64,000 nt of DNA from a virus (IMGVR_UViG_3300032236_000727:1906-65905); one strand, 5' to 3'; shown: positions 45,430 through 56,825, numbered from the stretch's first letter. The notes: generated from the letters alone by a model not told the origin. Program-made: numbers and translations.

Positions 45430-45980
45430 TATCTAAACCCCGATATGCGTGGTGAGAATACAAAGGTCGCCTGATACGGGCTGGGTTTGGGGCTCACGTT
45501 TTTATCAACCAGTGCACGAATATTCCAGCCAAGATTAACAGACACACAACGAGTAGTGCGAGGTATATGCCAAATCCAAACAAACTGAAAGAGTCCGTTA
45601 GCTCGGACCAAGAGCCATCCTGCTTTTGCATTGTTATTATCCTTAATCAAATTGTCACCAATAAAGGTGGCAGTATCGTTGGGAATAAAATAGTGTAGTG
45701 CAAATCCGTACGCTGGGTTTCTCCACAGCCAGTGCACCTTAGACCACCAGCATGGTGGAAAGAGATACTGAAATGTTGCATCACCGTCAAGGCTATTGTC
45801 TGGAGTCATGAACCAGGACAGCCAACTAGGCAGTCTGGGCCCCATAGCGTATTGAGAATGATTATCATTCCACCCTAACTGCTGTGTGGCAAGAAGGGGC
45901 AGTATGGGAGCGAGCAGTACGGCTAATAGGGTCAGAGCCAGACTGATTGGTACTAGGATGATGTACAGAAGGTAGATCAT
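45429..45980 (-). CDS. Conserved hypothetical membrane-anchored protein
   Basis: N-terminal TM; WF.TPDNSLDGD, WLWRNPAYGF. Confidence 0.65.
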   Translation of the reverse strand: MIYLLYIILVPISLALTLLAVLLAPILPLLATQQLGWNDNHSQYAMGPRLPSWLSWFMTPDNSLDGDATFQYLFPPCWWSKVHWLWRNPAYGFALHYFIPNDTATFIGDNLIKDNNNAKAGWLLVRANGLFQFVWIWHIPRTTRCVSVNLGWNIRALVDKNVSPKPSPYQATFVFSPRISGFR

Positions 45981-46213
45981 TTATCTTCTGTGCCATCGGG
46001 CTCAGCCTTTGACTTCATGGCCACACTAGCACCACCTGCGGCGGAGATAATGCCTAAAGATTCGGCCAGTTCACGGATGTTAACATGACCGTTTACCACC
46101 TCGTAAAAGGCTAGGATGATCACGGCGAACATACCAACGAGCCAGGTAAAACGACCAATGTCGTAGGTCTCGTTGTCCTTGCCAGTAAGCAGCTGACGTA
46201 AAAACTTGTCCAT
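45977..46213 (-). CDS. Holin-like two-TM protein
   Basis: Two hydrophobic segments and a charged C-terminus. Confidence 0.55.
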   Translation of the reverse strand: MDKFLRQLLTGKDNETYDIGRFTWLVGMFAVIILAFYEVVNGHVNIRELAESLGIISAAGGASVAMKSKAEPDGTEDK

Positions 46214-46443
46214 TAGTCTCTTAGGTCGTCCAGCTTGTCCTCAATTCTATGGACAGCTTTGAGGACTTCTTCCCAGCGGTCAGAGAAGTCTTCCTTGTGG
46301 ACGTAGTTCTCGGCGATATGGGTACGAAGGTCGTGTAGGTCGAGTTTAAGGACCTGGACCGCAGTCCAAAGCTCCTTACAGAACCAACCACACGCGACAC
46401 AGATTAAAGGTAATACAGTATTAATTAGGGTTTGCAGATCCAC
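46213..46443 (-). CDS. Small TM plus coiled-coil protein of the lysis region
   Basis: GW...LW...YV.K.D...RIEDKLD pattern. Confidence 0.55.
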   Translation of the reverse strand: MDLQTLINTVLPLICVACGWFCKELWTAVQVLKLDLHDLRTHIAENYVHKEDFSDRWEEVLKAVHRIEDKLDDLRD

Positions 46444-46520
46444 GTTTAGGTCCCGAGGTTTATTATAGTTATGGGTAGACAGGCAGCTAGGCTGCCCGTC
46501 TTAATACGACACGGTGGATC

Positions 46521-46874
46521 TTAGGCTGTTACTACTTCTTTCCAGCTAAGAGTTGGCTCATCCCAAGTGTATACTTTACCGTCAATTGGCATTGCTACAG
46601 GAGCTGTCCAAGTCCAAGTAGGAGCAGAAATTGTCCAGCTTGGGAATGGCTGTGGTGCGTAAAACACATCATTCTGTGCGTCGTACGTGTAGCCAATACC
46701 TGCGTAGTTAGCGCGTAGTGGTGTACCACCTTGAGTGTGCTTACCACCAATAGTGTTATAGCTAGTTTGAATCCATTGACCAGGTGATGTATCAACGAAA
46801 GTGTTAAAGAAATCGGCCTCGGCAACAATTACTTGCTCTACTTTACCGTTGTTTACTTTTGCAAAATGTGACAT
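46521..46874 (-). CDS. Tail-fibre-associated small protein
   Basis: MSHFAK...WIQTSYN...RANYAGIGYTYD...PQPFPSW; follows the Gly-rich fibre genes. Confidence 0.7.
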   Translation of the reverse strand: MSHFAKVNNGKVEQVIVAEADFFNTFVDTSPGQWIQTSYNTIGGKHTQGGTPLRANYAGIGYTYDAQNDVFYAPQPFPSWTISAPTWTWTAPVAMPIDGKVYTWDEPTLSWKEVVTA

Positions 46875-46891
46875 GTTTTAGTGCTCCTAAG

Positions 46892-48187
46892 TTAAGCTGT
46901 ATATGAACCGCTAGATGTAAATTTGATGATTGTGTTGCCACCAGATGTTGTGATAGTTGGGCTGCCAGTTGTTGTACCAGAGTATTTAGCGGTTGGAACA
47001 GAAAGAATAACAACGCCCGATCCACCTGATCCAGTGGTAGAATTGTCTGCACCACCACCGCCACCACCAGTGTTAGCAGTTCCATTAGAGCCCGCGGAAG
47101 CACCGGCATTACCGCCCGCACCACCACCACCGGAACCTCCGCTACCACCAGGGCCGCCTCCACCGGTTCTGTTTGGATCATAACCACCAGCACCACCACC
47201 ACCACCAGCATAGGTTACTGATGATCCAGTAATTGAAGACGCAGTTCCGTTACCACCGTTACCACCCGCGCCACTTGTTCCATCGGAACCAACAGCGCCA
47301 GATCCTCCACCACCACCGCCACCAAAGGTAGGACCTGCATTACTAGAACCAGTACCACCATTATTTCCCTGACCAACTGTTCCAGTGCCGCCGGGGTCAA
47401 TATTTCCAGAACCACCACCGCCAGATCCACCACTACCACCGGAACTAAATCCGCCGTATCCGCCACCTATTGCGGCTGTTTGCCCAGTTAAAGATGAGTT
47501 ACTACCAGGGTTTCCTGTAGTCCCTGGATTTACAGAAGCTCCGCCAGCACCAACAGTTACAGTATAAACAGACCCTGGGGTTAAAGATGCTGTACTGGCT
47601 AACAAACCACCAGCACCACCACCACCACCACCACGGTTAACCCTTGATCCACCACCAGCACCACCAGCAACAATTAAGTAACTTGCTGAGTAGGTTGCCG
47701 CTGGAGGAGTAATTGCCTTATAGCTAGAGTATGACACCCAACCCTGTGTGGCACCACTGTAAACAAAGGTGATACCCTCGTTGTTTTGGTTTAACACTAC
47801 GTTGCCAGTTGCACCGTTTAGTTTGTTGCCGTTAGGGTTAATAGTAACGTTGTTCGTAGCAAACGTGCCAGCGTAGTCTAACAGGCCGATAATTTGACCA
47901 GCTGTTGGGCTCGCAGGCAGCGTTACAGTGACCGCCGCTGAGGTTGTGTTGATTGGGTACGCTTTACCAGCGGCAGCTGTAAAGCTAGTTGTCTGAACGG
48001 TCTGCCAAGCCACACCACCAGACGAGCTGGAGAGTGGCACCACATTGCCGCTAGAGTTTTTGTAATACAAAATGCCGTCGGTGATGTTAATCGCCAACTC
48101 GCCGTTTACTAAGTTACCAGCTGTCGGCGTTGCCGCCGCAGTGGTACTGTAGTACAACGAAATAGGTGTGTAGCCTGATTGTGCCAT
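46892..48187 (-). CDS. Glycine-rich fibre / receptor-binding protein, paralog 3
   Basis: Shared N-terminus, TLPASP domain, YLIVAGG...GGSGVVI Gly-rich domain. Confidence 0.75.
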   Translation of the reverse strand: MAQSGYTPISLYYSTTAAATPTAGNLVNGELAINITDGILYYKNSSGNVVPLSSSSGGVAWQTVQTTSFTAAAGKAYPINTTSAAVTVTLPASPTAGQIIGLLDYAGTFATNNVTINPNGNKLNGATGNVVLNQNNEGITFVYSGATQGWVSYSSYKAITPPAATYSASYLIVAGGAGGGSRVNRGGGGGGAGGLLASTASLTPGSVYTVTVGAGGASVNPGTTGNPGSNSSLTGQTAAIGGGYGGFSSGGSGGSGGGGSGNIDPGGTGTVGQGNNGGTGSSNAGPTFGGGGGGGSGAVGSDGTSGAGGNGGNGTASSITGSSVTYAGGGGGAGGYDPNRTGGGGPGGSGGSGGGGAGGNAGASAGSNGTANTGGGGGGADNSTTGSGGSGVVILSVPTAKYSGTTTGSPTITTSGGNTIIKFTSSGSYTA

Positions 48188-48205
48188 ATAAGTATATTCC
48201 GTTAA

Positions 48206-49486
48206 TTAAGCAGTGTAGCTGCCAGATGCCGTGAATTTGATGATCGTGTTGCCGCCGGATGTCGTAACAGTTGGGCTGCCTGTGGTCGTGCCAGAATACG
48301 ATGAGGTTGGTACGGATAGGATTACAACACCGGATCCGCCTACGCCACCATAACCGCCATTACCTGAACCGCCACCGCCGCCGCCGCCAGTATTTGTACC
48401 ACCTGCGGAACCAGCGGAACCGTTTGGATAACCTCCATCCCCTCCACCACCGTTACCACCAGTACCCGCTGGATTTCCAAATGGCTGGTATCCACCACCG
48501 CCACCGCCACCAGCATAGTAAACACTAGAACCAGTTATTGATGATGCGATACCAACACCCCCGTTACCAGAAGTTGTTCCAGAGCTATTGCCACCAGCTG
48601 CACCAGCACCACCACCGCCAGGAGCATTTTGTGTACCAGATATAGTACCACCGCTGTTTCCTTGTCCTGCTGTTCCAGAACCAGGTGTGCCATTTGGTCC
48701 ACCACCACCGCCTCCAGATCCGCCAGACGCTCCATTTTGGTTACCACCAGAACCTCCACCACCACCAATTGAAGTGACAGTAGTTATTCCAGAACCAGAA
48801 AGCACAGAATTTGAACCATTACCACCGTTTACTGAAGAGCCGCCAGTACCACCACCACCAACGGTTACGGTATATACCGACCCTGGGGTTAATGATGCTG
48901 TGCCAGTTAATAGACCACCAGCACCCGCACCACCAGAATATCCTTGACCACCACCACCGCCACCAGCAACAACTAAGTATGTTGCTGAAATGGTTGTTGG
49001 AGCTGGAATGCTGGCGTTAAAGCCGTCAAATATTAGCCAACCCTGTGTAGCGTCTACATAGACGATTGCAATGGCTTCTCTATTAGTGGTTAATTTTTTG
49101 TTGGCTGTTGCGCCTAAAAACTTATTGCCATTAGGATTAATAATTAAATTGTTTGTAGCAAATGTGCCAGCAAAATCAACAAGGGCAATAGATTGGCCAG
49201 CTGTTGGGCTTGCAGGTAGCGTTACCGTAATAGCTGCGCTTGTCGTATTGACATAGTAGCCATTACCGGCTGATGCTGTGAAGTTAGAAGTTTGGACAGC
49301 CTGCCAAGAAAGATTACCGCCCGAGCTGGACAGTGGGACCACCGTGCCAGCTGGGTTCTTGTAAAACAGGATGCCATCAGCTGTATTAATAGCGAGCTCA
49401 CCATTACCCAAATTGCCTGCTGTGGGTGTGTTTCCAGTAGTGGCGCTATAGTACAGCGAAATAGGAGTATTACCAGTTTGTGCCAT
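48206..49486 (-). CDS. Glycine-rich fibre / receptor-binding protein, paralog 2
   Basis: Same architecture as its neighbours. Confidence 0.75.
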   Translation of the reverse strand: MAQTGNTPISLYYSATTGNTPTAGNLGNGELAINTADGILFYKNPAGTVVPLSSSGGNLSWQAVQTSNFTASAGNGYYVNTTSAAITVTLPASPTAGQSIALVDFAGTFATNNLIINPNGNKFLGATANKKLTTNREAIAIVYVDATQGWLIFDGFNASIPAPTTISATYLVVAGGGGGGQGYSGGAGAGGLLTGTASLTPGSVYTVTVGGGGTGGSSVNGGNGSNSVLSGSGITTVTSIGGGGGSGGNQNGASGGSGGGGGGPNGTPGSGTAGQGNSGGTISGTQNAPGGGGAGAAGGNSSGTTSGNGGVGIASSITGSSVYYAGGGGGGGYQPFGNPAGTGGNGGGGDGGYPNGSAGSAGGTNTGGGGGGGSGNGGYGGVGGSGVVILSVPTSSYSGTTTGSPTVTTSGGNTIIKFTASGSYTA

Positions 49487-49504
49487 ATAAGTATATTCCG
49501 TTAA

Positions 49505-50785
49505 TTAAGCAGTATAGCTGCCGCTAGAATTGAAGGTCAAAATTTTGTTTGAGCCAGATGTGGTCACTGTGGGTGAGCCAGTCGTTGTGCCAGAATAGTT
49601 GGCTGTCGGTACGGATAGAATGACTACGCCTGATCCGCCATTACCTCCAGTTTTACCACTAGGTCCGCCACCACCACCGCTTCCAGTATTTGCAGTTGCC
49701 GACGTTCCATTGCTACCTGCGTTACCGCCGTTTCCTGCTCCTCCAGATCCTCCAGATCCTCCGTTACCTGTTACGTTCGGTGAACCACCGCCACCACCTG
49801 CATAAGTTACTGAAGAGCCAGTAATGCTAGATGCTAAACCATTGCCGCCAGTACCACCTTGAGAATTAGAAGCTGTACCACCTGCGCTACCTGCACCACC
49901 GCCACCTCCAGATGCACTTGGGTTACCAGCATTATTTTGGTATCCTGTACCACCTGCGTTACCTTGGCCTGTTGTGCCTGCACCACCAGGATACGCGCTA
50001 GGGTCTGTCCAAGCACCTCCACCGCCAGAACCGCCTGCTGTACCTGCACCAGTTCCACCCCATGCTCCTGGACCACCACCTATTGATGTAATAGAAAGTC
50101 CAGAAATTGATGAATTATTGCCTGCAGTTGCTGGGTTTCCTGTTGTTCCGCCTGCGCCTACAGTAATTGTATACGTTGTACCAACTGATAAAGCAGCTGT
50201 GCTTGTTAATAAACCGCCCGCACCACCACCGCCACCTGCATATCCTGGGCCACCAGCACCACCAGCAACAACTAAATAACTTGCTGTGTAAGTTGCTGGA
50301 GCTGGGTTGCTACCCAAGAAGCCAGCATAGGGTAACCAACCTTTGGTAGAGTCAATATAAACAAACAGCAAAGATTCTCTATTGGTAGTTACAATTACGT
50401 TACCAGTAGAGCCTAGTATCTTGCCACCATTCGGATTAATTGTTAAATTATATGTGGCAAAAGTGCCAGCATAGTCAACAAAGCCAACAGCCTGACCAGC
50501 GGTTGGGGAAGCTGGTAGTGTTGCTGTTACGCCAGCTGATGTGGTATTAACTGGGTAGCCTTTACCAGCTGATGCTGTAAAACTAGAAGACTGTGTAGAC
50601 TGCCAAGAAACAGCAGCAGAACCAAAAGACAGAGGCACCACTGTGCCGCCTGTGTTTTTGTAATAGATAACTCCATCGGCAGTATTGATCGCGATTTCGC
50701 CATTTACCAAGTTACCAGCAACGGGGATATTCCCCGTTGTGGAACTATAGTAGAACGAAATGGGCGTATATCCAGATTGCGCCAT
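49505..50785 (-). CDS. Glycine-rich fibre / receptor-binding protein, paralog 1
   Basis: Same architecture as its neighbours. Confidence 0.75.
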   Translation of the reverse strand: MAQSGYTPISFYYSSTTGNIPVAGNLVNGEIAINTADGVIYYKNTGGTVVPLSFGSAAVSWQSTQSSSFTASAGKGYPVNTTSAGVTATLPASPTAGQAVGFVDYAGTFATYNLTINPNGGKILGSTGNVIVTTNRESLLFVYIDSTKGWLPYAGFLGSNPAPATYTASYLVVAGGAGGPGYAGGGGGAGGLLTSTAALSVGTTYTITVGAGGTTGNPATAGNNSSISGLSITSIGGGPGAWGGTGAGTAGGSGGGGAWTDPSAYPGGAGTTGQGNAGGTGYQNNAGNPSASGGGGGAGSAGGTASNSQGGTGGNGLASSITGSSVTYAGGGGGSPNVTGNGGSGGSGGAGNGGNAGSNGTSATANTGSGGGGGPSGKTGGNGGSGVVILSVPTANYSGTTTGSPTVTTSGSNKILTFNSSGSYTA

Positions 50786-50803
50786 TTTGTATGCTCTTTC
50801 TAA

Positions 50804-53800
50804 TTAAAATGTACCGCCAGATAGCGTATTTGCTGGGTTAAACGGTGTAAAGCCCAGTGCAGTTGTTACGTTAGAACTGGTCAATACTATACCATAACCT
50901 GACAATGTTGTCGACTTAGCTGCGTATGTTGAAGCTGCTGTAGCCGCTGTAATAGCGTCAGTGATACCGTAGCCTGCCAATGTGGTTGCCTTGTCAGCCT
51001 TAAGCGCCAATGCTGTATCAACCGCTGTCTTGGTGTAAGCATCAGTGATGCCATAACCGCTCAGTGTTGTTGCCTTAGCCGCATAAGTAGACGCTGCAGT
51101 AGCAGAAGTCAATCCGTCAGTGATACCGTAGCCAGCTAGTGTTGTTGCCTTAGCCGCATAAGTAGACGCTGCAGTAGCTGCAGTAATCGCATCAGTAATG
51201 CCATAACCGCTAAGCGTTGTTGCCTTATCAGCCTTCAAACCTAACGCTGTGTCAGTAGCTGTCTTGGTGTACGCATCAGCAATACCGTAGCCTGCTAAAG
51301 TAGTAGCTTTAGCTGCGTAGGTAGACGCTGCAGTAGCAGATGTTAAACCATCAGTAATACCGTAGCCAGCCAGTGTTGTTGCCTTAGCAGCCTTGCCAGA
51401 CACAACGTTAGTCAATGCAGAAACTGCAGACTCGTCGGTTGCTAACTGGTCAGCGATCTCTTTGAGCGTGTCTAACGCAGCGGGAGCAGCGCCAACAACG
51501 GCAGCAATCGCTGAGCTAACATCGCTAGGACTTGCTGGTGTGTAGCCAAGTGCTGTGCTGATTGAGCTAGTTGTAACGTTTGCGTTTGAACCTGCAGGAC
51601 CTGTTGCGCCTGTAGGACCAGTGGCACCAGTTGCGCCTGTATCACCCTTAAGACCTTGGATACCTTGAGGACCTTGTGGACCTGTAGCACCTGTAGCACC
51701 TGTTGCGCCTGTATCACCCTTCAGACCCTGGATACCCTGTGCGCCTGTTGCACCAGTGTCACCCTTAGGACCTTGAATGCCCTGTGGACCTGTAGCGCCA
51801 GTTGCGCCATCAGCACCAGCTGCACCTGTATCACCCTTAAGACCTTGTGGACCTGTAGCGCCAGTTGCACCTGTATCGCCTTTTAAGCCCTGTGGACCTT
51901 GTGGGCCTGTAGCACCAGTTGCACCGTCAGTACCGTTTGTACCAGCAGCGCCAGTGTCGCCCTTAGGACCTTGGATACCTTGAGCGCCTGTAGCACCTGT
52001 TGCGCCTGTATCACCTTTGAGACCCTGAATACCTTGAGGACCTTGTGCGCCTGTTGCGCCTGTGTCGCCCTTAGCACCAGTAGCACCTGTGTCGCCTTTT
52101 AACTGAGCAACTACAGCGCTTGGCAATGTGGTAACGTTAGACAGATCAGCGTTAGCTTTAGTAGCCAAACCAGTGTTAACAAAAGCCTCAGTTGCTAAAG
52201 CAACTTCTTGTGATGTTGGACCAGCTACCCACTTACCTACTGTCTCATTCCAGATCAAACGCTGACGAGCTAGATCGCCACGGTCAATTTCAATACCTGC
52301 AACGTTTAATGTAACGCCAGAACCCAACTCACCCTTGTTCATGGTGATGATGTTGTCCTTGATTGTAGTTACTGTAGACTCAATACTAGTTACAGTGCCC
52401 TTAACGTCAAAGTTACCGCTAACAGTTAAATTGCCAGAAACAGTTTGGTTTCCGATAATTGCTGTTGTGGGAGCAGTAAATGTGTTCTGTGTAGCAGAGC
52501 TGATTCTTGTTAAACCACCAGTGCCAGTTGACTGGATAACTACGTCAGCATTTGCAGCACTGGCACCAATTGTTGTGGAAGCCTGTGAGTCAAGTACCAA
52601 TGTACCAGAACCAGTTGTAGAAATACGCATACCCTGATTGGTATCAGCTGTAAACGTAATCGTGTTTGCTGAAGATCCTAAAACAGGAACGCCGTCAACG
52701 TACAATGTGTTTGCGTCAATATGCAAAGATTTGGTGTACAAAGCGCCGAACTTATCAATAGATGATCCGATGTTAGACACACCAGAAACAGCTGGCATAA
52801 TGTCGCCAGATACTGTCAAGTTTTTAGTCGCAAAGTCAGCAGTAGCAGAACCAGATTGATTAGCTGGTGTATAGCCCAATGCTGTAGCAATAGAGCTGCT
52901 TGTTACACTAGCGTCTGTACCATTCGCGCCTGCAGGGCCTGTAGCACCAGTGTCGCCCTTAGGACCTTGGATACCCTGTGGGCCTTGTGCGCCTGTTGCG
53001 CCTGTGTCGCCCTTAGCACCTGCAGGGCCTGTTGCGCCTGTAGCACCAGCGGCACCAGTTGCACCTGTGTCGCCCTTAAGACCTTGTGGACCTTGAGCAC
53101 CAGTAGCACCAGTTGCACCTGTATCACCCTTTAAGCCTTGTGGGCCTTGAGCACCGGTTGCGCCTGTATCGCCTTTAGGACCTTGAGCGCCAGTTGCGCC
53201 ATCAGTACCGTTTGTGCCGTTTGCACCATTAGGACCAGCTGGACCTTGTGGGCCAGTAGCACCAGTATCACCCTTATCGCCCTTGAGCTGAGCAACTACG
53301 CCAGCTGGCAATGTGATAACGTTAGATAAATCTTTGTTTGCTTTGTTAGCAACAGTTGCTGTTAAAGCAGACGCTGCAGACTCATCAGCTGCTAATTGGT
53401 CAGCGATTTCTTTTAATGTGTCAAGTGATGCAGGGGCGCCATTAACAACAGCGGCAATAGAGGAGTCAATCTGACCCTGAATGTTTGCGCTTGTTAATAC
53501 TTCGCTACCGTTAACCTTAACGCCAGAGGAGTCAATCATAACTGCGCCGCTACCAACGTTAATCGCTGTTGCGCTAACCTGTGGTACGTCGATTGAGTCT
53601 GGAGCTACTACCAACGCATAACCGACAGTACCAGTGGTAAATGTCAGTGTAAATGTGTTGATGTCAACGTTTTGCTTACCTACGGAAATAATATTTCCGC
53701 TAGTATCTTGAACCTGAACCCAAACGTTTGTTGTGCCAAGGTTGTGACGTACTGTCCAAACTTGAGCAGCTGCACCTTGAGTGTGTACGTATGAATGTGT

Positions 53801-53974
53801 CTTGTTAGCGAACGGATACCATGTTGTTAGTCCGCCCATTTGAATATAAGCATAGATACACTGATCCTTGATGATCATTGTACCTACAGCTGGATTGGTT
53901 GGGAATCCAGCCTCGTCTTTTGTCATTACCAATGCACCGTGAAGCGCTAGGTCGTTTAGTACTCTTGTTTCCAT
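50804..53974 (-). CDS. Collagen-like fibre protein
   Basis: Two long Gly-X-Y blocks; LDTLKEIA motifs; repeated [12 protein letters not shown]. Confidence 0.85.
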   Translation of the reverse strand: METRVLNDLALHGALVMTKDEAGFPTNPAVGTMIIKDQCIYAYIQMGGLTTWYPFANKTHSYVHTQGAAAQVWTVRHNLGTTNVWVQVQDTSGNIISVGKQNVDINTFTLTFTTGTVGYALVVAPDSIDVPQVSATAINVGSGAVMIDSSGVKVNGSEVLTSANIQGQIDSSIAAVVNGAPASLDTLKEIADQLAADESAASALTATVANKANKDLSNVITLPAGVVAQLKGDKGDTGATGPQGPAGPNGANGTNGTDGATGAQGPKGDTGATGAQGPQGLKGDTGATGATGAQGPQGLKGDTGATGAAGATGATGPAGAKGDTGATGAQGPQGIQGPKGDTGATGPAGANGTDASVTSSSIATALGYTPANQSGSATADFATKNLTVSGDIMPAVSGVSNIGSSIDKFGALYTKSLHIDANTLYVDGVPVLGSSANTITFTADTNQGMRISTTGSGTLVLDSQASTTIGASAANADVVIQSTGTGGLTRISSATQNTFTAPTTAIIGNQTVSGNLTVSGNFDVKGTVTSIESTVTTIKDNIITMNKGELGSGVTLNVAGIEIDRGDLARQRLIWNETVGKWVAGPTSQEVALATEAFVNTGLATKANADLSNVTTLPSAVVAQLKGDTGATGAKGDTGATGAQGPQGIQGLKGDTGATGATGAQGIQGPKGDTGAAGTNGTDGATGATGPQGPQGLKGDTGATGATGPQGLKGDTGAAGADGATGATGPQGIQGPKGDTGATGAQGIQGLKGDTGATGATGATGPQGPQGIQGLKGDTGATGATGPTGATGPAGSNANVTTSSISTALGYTPASPSDVSSAIAAVVGAAPAALDTLKEIADQLATDESAVSALTNVVSGKAAKATTLAGYGITDGLTSATAASTYAAKATTLAGYGIADAYTKTATDTALGLKADKATTLSGYGITDAITAATAASTYAAKATTLAGYGITDGLTSATAASTYAAKATTLSGYGITDAYTKTAVDTALALKADKATTLAGYGITDAITAATAASTYAAKSTTLSGYGIVLTSSNVTTALGFTPFNPANTLSGGTF

Positions 53975-54189
53975 TATAGTTCCTTTGGAGGTGTTATGCC
54001 ACGCATGTACGCCTGACCAGTAGCAACCAACTTCATCACGCTCAGAGTGTCGTAACTCTGGAGTATTCTGTTTAATAACTCTTCTGTAGTGATGTGACTG
54101 CCTGCATAGTCAGCTCTTAATTTTTTAATATCATCCGCGACACGATACAACCACTCTGAAATTCTCTCCGCATCAGTCATGCTTTGCAA
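53974..54189 (-). CDS. Hypothetical protein
   Basis: Short ORF coupled to the collagen-like gene. Confidence 0.5.
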   Translation of the reverse strand: MQSMTDAERISEWLYRVADDIKKLRADYAGSHITTEELLNRILQSYDTLSVMKLVATGQAYMRGITPPKEL

Positions 54190-54382
54190 TTACCTTCTCG
54201 GCACTTTCGTAATAACGTTTAAGCCAGTCAATGTTTTCCACTAACTGCGCCCTGTCATCCTCACTAAATTCTTTGACTTCTTCAACAATCTGGGCTAATT
54301 CTCTAACCTGAGATTCGATCTTTTTTAATGCTTGAGGTACTGTCTTTATTAATAAAAAGTTAAAGTTTGATAATTTGCGCAT
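54173..54382 (-). CDS. Hypothetical protein
   Basis: 69-aa operon ORF. Confidence 0.5.
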   Translation of the reverse strand: MRKLSNFNFLLIKTVPQALKKIESQVRELAQIVEEVKEFSEDDRAQLVENIDWLKRYYESAEKVIAKHD

Positions 54383-54415
54383 GTCGGTGAGGGGGATTGC
54401 TCCCCCTCTCCTATA

Positions 54416-56272
54416 TTACAATGTTACTGCGTTACGTACAATTGCTTTAACCTTCAAGGCTGTAGACAAGTATACCTTAACTGTGTTTGCGTCAAATTCT
54501 TGAACGGAAACGATGTCGTTGTAGTACAAGCCATCAGCACGTTGAACCTTAACAGCGATTTCAACAAAGCTAGCGTTCAAGTTGTGAACGATAGTGTGTG
54601 TTGTTGCAGCTGTAGTAGCTTCAAATGTGAAGATTGTTGCGTTGTAGTCGCTACGAATAGCAGCATCAGCAGCAGCACGAGCTGTAGCTTCAGCAGATTC
54701 AGCAGCTGTAGCACGTGTAACTTCAGCAGCTAAGTCGCTTGCAATAGCAGCTTCAGCAGCAGTAGCACGGAGTGCCTCAGATGCAGTAGCAGCAGCGTTA
54801 GCAGCTTCAGCTGTTTGTGCACGTGTTGTTTCAGCAGCGATGTCGCTTGCTAAACCAGCTTCAGCAGCTTGAGCGCGTGTTGTCTCAGCAGAGTCAGCAG
54901 CTGCGCGAGCAGATGCTTCAGCAGCGATATCACTTGCCAAACCAGCTTCAGCAGCTTGAGCACGAGTAGCTTCAGCAGCAATAGCAGACGCGTTAGTAGC
55001 GTCACCAGCTGCACGTGCAGTAGCTTCTGCAGTTACAGCAGCAGCGCGAGCAGATGCTTCTGCAGCGATATCTGATGCCAGGCCAGCTTCAGCAGCTTCA
55101 GCGCGTGACTTTTCAGTAGCAATAGCTGTTGTGAGTGTTGCCTCAGCAGCTTGTGCACGGTTTGTTTCAGCTGTATCAGCAGCAGCGCGAGCAGCAGCTT
55201 CAGCGGAAATGTCAGATGCTAAACCAGCTTCAGCTGTTTGTGCACGTGACTGCTCAGCAGTAACGGCAGCAGCACGAGCAGTAGCTTCAGCAGCAATGTC
55301 AGAAGACAATGAAGCTTCAGCAGCTTGAGCACGTGTTGTCTCAGCAGAGATAGCAGATGCGTTTGTAGCATCGCCAGCTACGCGAGCAGCAGCTTCAGCG
55401 GAAATGTCAGATGACAAGCTAGCTTCAGCAGCTTGAGCACGTGTTGTCTCAGCAGAAATGTCAGAAGACAGGCCAGCTTCAGCAGCAGTTGCGCGGCTAA
55501 CTTCAGCAGCGATAGAAGCAGCGTTAGATACGCCATCAGCCTTAACTTCGTCAATAGCAGCAACGATAGTTGACTTGTCATTAGTTGTCAGGTCAGAGAG
55601 GTTACCAATCTTACCGTTAACTTGACCTTCAACTGTTGTTACACGAGCGTCTAAAGCAGCTTCAGCAGCTTGTGCACGTGTTGTTTCAGCAGACTCAGCA
55701 GCTTGTGCACGAGTAGCTTCAGCAGCAATGTCAGATGCCAAACCAGCTTCAGCAGCAGTTGCACGAGTTACTTCAGCGTCCAAATTGCTTTGAACTGTAG
55801 AAACCATACCTTCGATAACGTTAACGATATCTGGGTTGTTCTTGAGTGCAGCAGCTAATTCAGTGATAGTATCCAATACAGCAGGAGGAATACCGCCTAA
55901 CAATTCAGCTTTAGCAGCGTCTGTGTAAGCCTTAGCTTCAGCTTTAGCAGCGTCGGTGTAAACACCAGCAGCAGCCAAAGTAGCAGCGTCGCCAGCTTGA
56001 CGAGCAGCAGCTTCTGCAGAGATGTCAGATGCTAAAGAAGCACGAACAGTCTCAAGAGCAGCGTTAGCAGAGTCAACATCGCTGATTGTCTTAATTACAA
56101 CAGCACCAGTGTTATCAAGTGCAGAATACTTTACAACTTTCTCAACTGAATTGAACCAAACACGACCAGCAGCAACCGGTGTTGGATCTGTTGAGAGGAT
56201 TTCGAGATTTAAGTTCTCGACATAGGCATTAGCCGCTAGGGTTATACCGTGAAATACTGGAAAATTCGCCAT
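54416..56272 (-). CDS. Ala-rich coiled-coil fibre protein
   Basis: Many AE(A/T)TRA(Q/T)AAEA repeats; LDTITELA motif; C-terminal HNL domain. Confidence 0.8.
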   Translation of the reverse strand: MANFPVFHGITLAANAYVENLNLEILSTDPTPVAAGRVWFNSVEKVVKYSALDNTGAVVIKTISDVDSANAALETVRASLASDISAEAAARQAGDAATLAAAGVYTDAAKAEAKAYTDAAKAELLGGIPPAVLDTITELAAALKNNPDIVNVIEGMVSTVQSNLDAEVTRATAAEAGLASDIAAEATRAQAAESAETTRAQAAEAALDARVTTVEGQVNGKIGNLSDLTTNDKSTIVAAIDEVKADGVSNAASIAAEVSRATAAEAGLSSDISAETTRAQAAEASLSSDISAEAAARVAGDATNASAISAETTRAQAAEASLSSDIAAEATARAAAVTAEQSRAQTAEAGLASDISAEAAARAAADTAETNRAQAAEATLTTAIATEKSRAEAAEAGLASDIAAEASARAAAVTAEATARAAGDATNASAIAAEATRAQAAEAGLASDIAAEASARAAADSAETTRAQAAEAGLASDIAAETTRAQTAEAANAAATASEALRATAAEAAIASDLAAEVTRATAAESAEATARAAADAAIRSDYNATIFTFEATTAATTHTIVHNLNASFVEIAVKVQRADGLYYNDIVSVQEFDANTVKVYLSTALKVKAIVRNAVTL

Positions 56273-56325
56273 GAGTCATTACTCCAAATAATTGTTATAG
56301 ATTTATCTCGACACGACCCAATTAA

Positions 56326-56532
56326 TTAAACTACAAAACGTCTCAACACTAGTAGTTCCTGATCAACTCTTAACGCATCAGAACTAGCATGTTTTACTCG
56401 CCAATCTACCTCTGGTGTATCGCTAAGGAACTGGAACATATTGTCCTTGTATCCTATTAGTTCTCCACCGTTCGCTTTAATATAAGCTGCGAAGTGCATC
56501 TCGCGCTTATGGACTGCAATCTTAAATTCCAT
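56326..56532 (-). CDS. Hypothetical protein
   Basis: 68-aa operon ORF. Confidence 0.55.
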   Translation of the reverse strand: MEFKIAVHKREMHFAAYIKANGGELIGYKDNMFQFLSDTPEVDWRVKHASSDALRVDQELLVLRRFVV

Positions 56533-56549
56533 AAAGTGTCATTCAATTG

Positions 56550-56825
56550 TTATACAATGAAGATCACATTAGCGCGACCAGTCATTGCCTCGGTTAAATT
56601 AATGACGATTTCACTCTCTGATGTGGCTTGAGTATTGGCAAAAAACTTAGTATTGTTAGTGTCAAAAAGATCTAACATGTACTTTGTTGTGTTTAAATTA
56701 TGCTCAATGACCCAGGTTCGTTCAGGGACTGAAAATTCGTATGATTCCGCAACAGCGGTGAATCCGGATGAATTGGCAGTTCCGTAAACTCTGCCGTAAA
56801 CCGTAGCAAAGTATTGTTGTGCCAT
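56550..56825 (-). CDS. Small structural protein (W.I.HNL motif shared with the fibre proteins)
   Basis: TWVIEHNLNT resembles segments of 50804-53974 and 54416-56272. Confidence 0.6.
   Translation of the reverse strand: MAQQYFATVYGRVYGTANSSGFTAVAESYEFSVPERTWVIEHNLNTTKYMLDLFDTNNTKFFANTQATSESEIVINLTEAMTGRANVIFIV

Noticed and set aside
46892-50785. Diversity-generating retroelement acting on the fibre paralogs
   Set aside because: No reverse transcriptase, and differences are not confined to adenines
50804-56272. Many antisense ORFs and tandem DNA repeats
   Set aside because: By-products of collagen and Ala-rich protein repeats with biased codons
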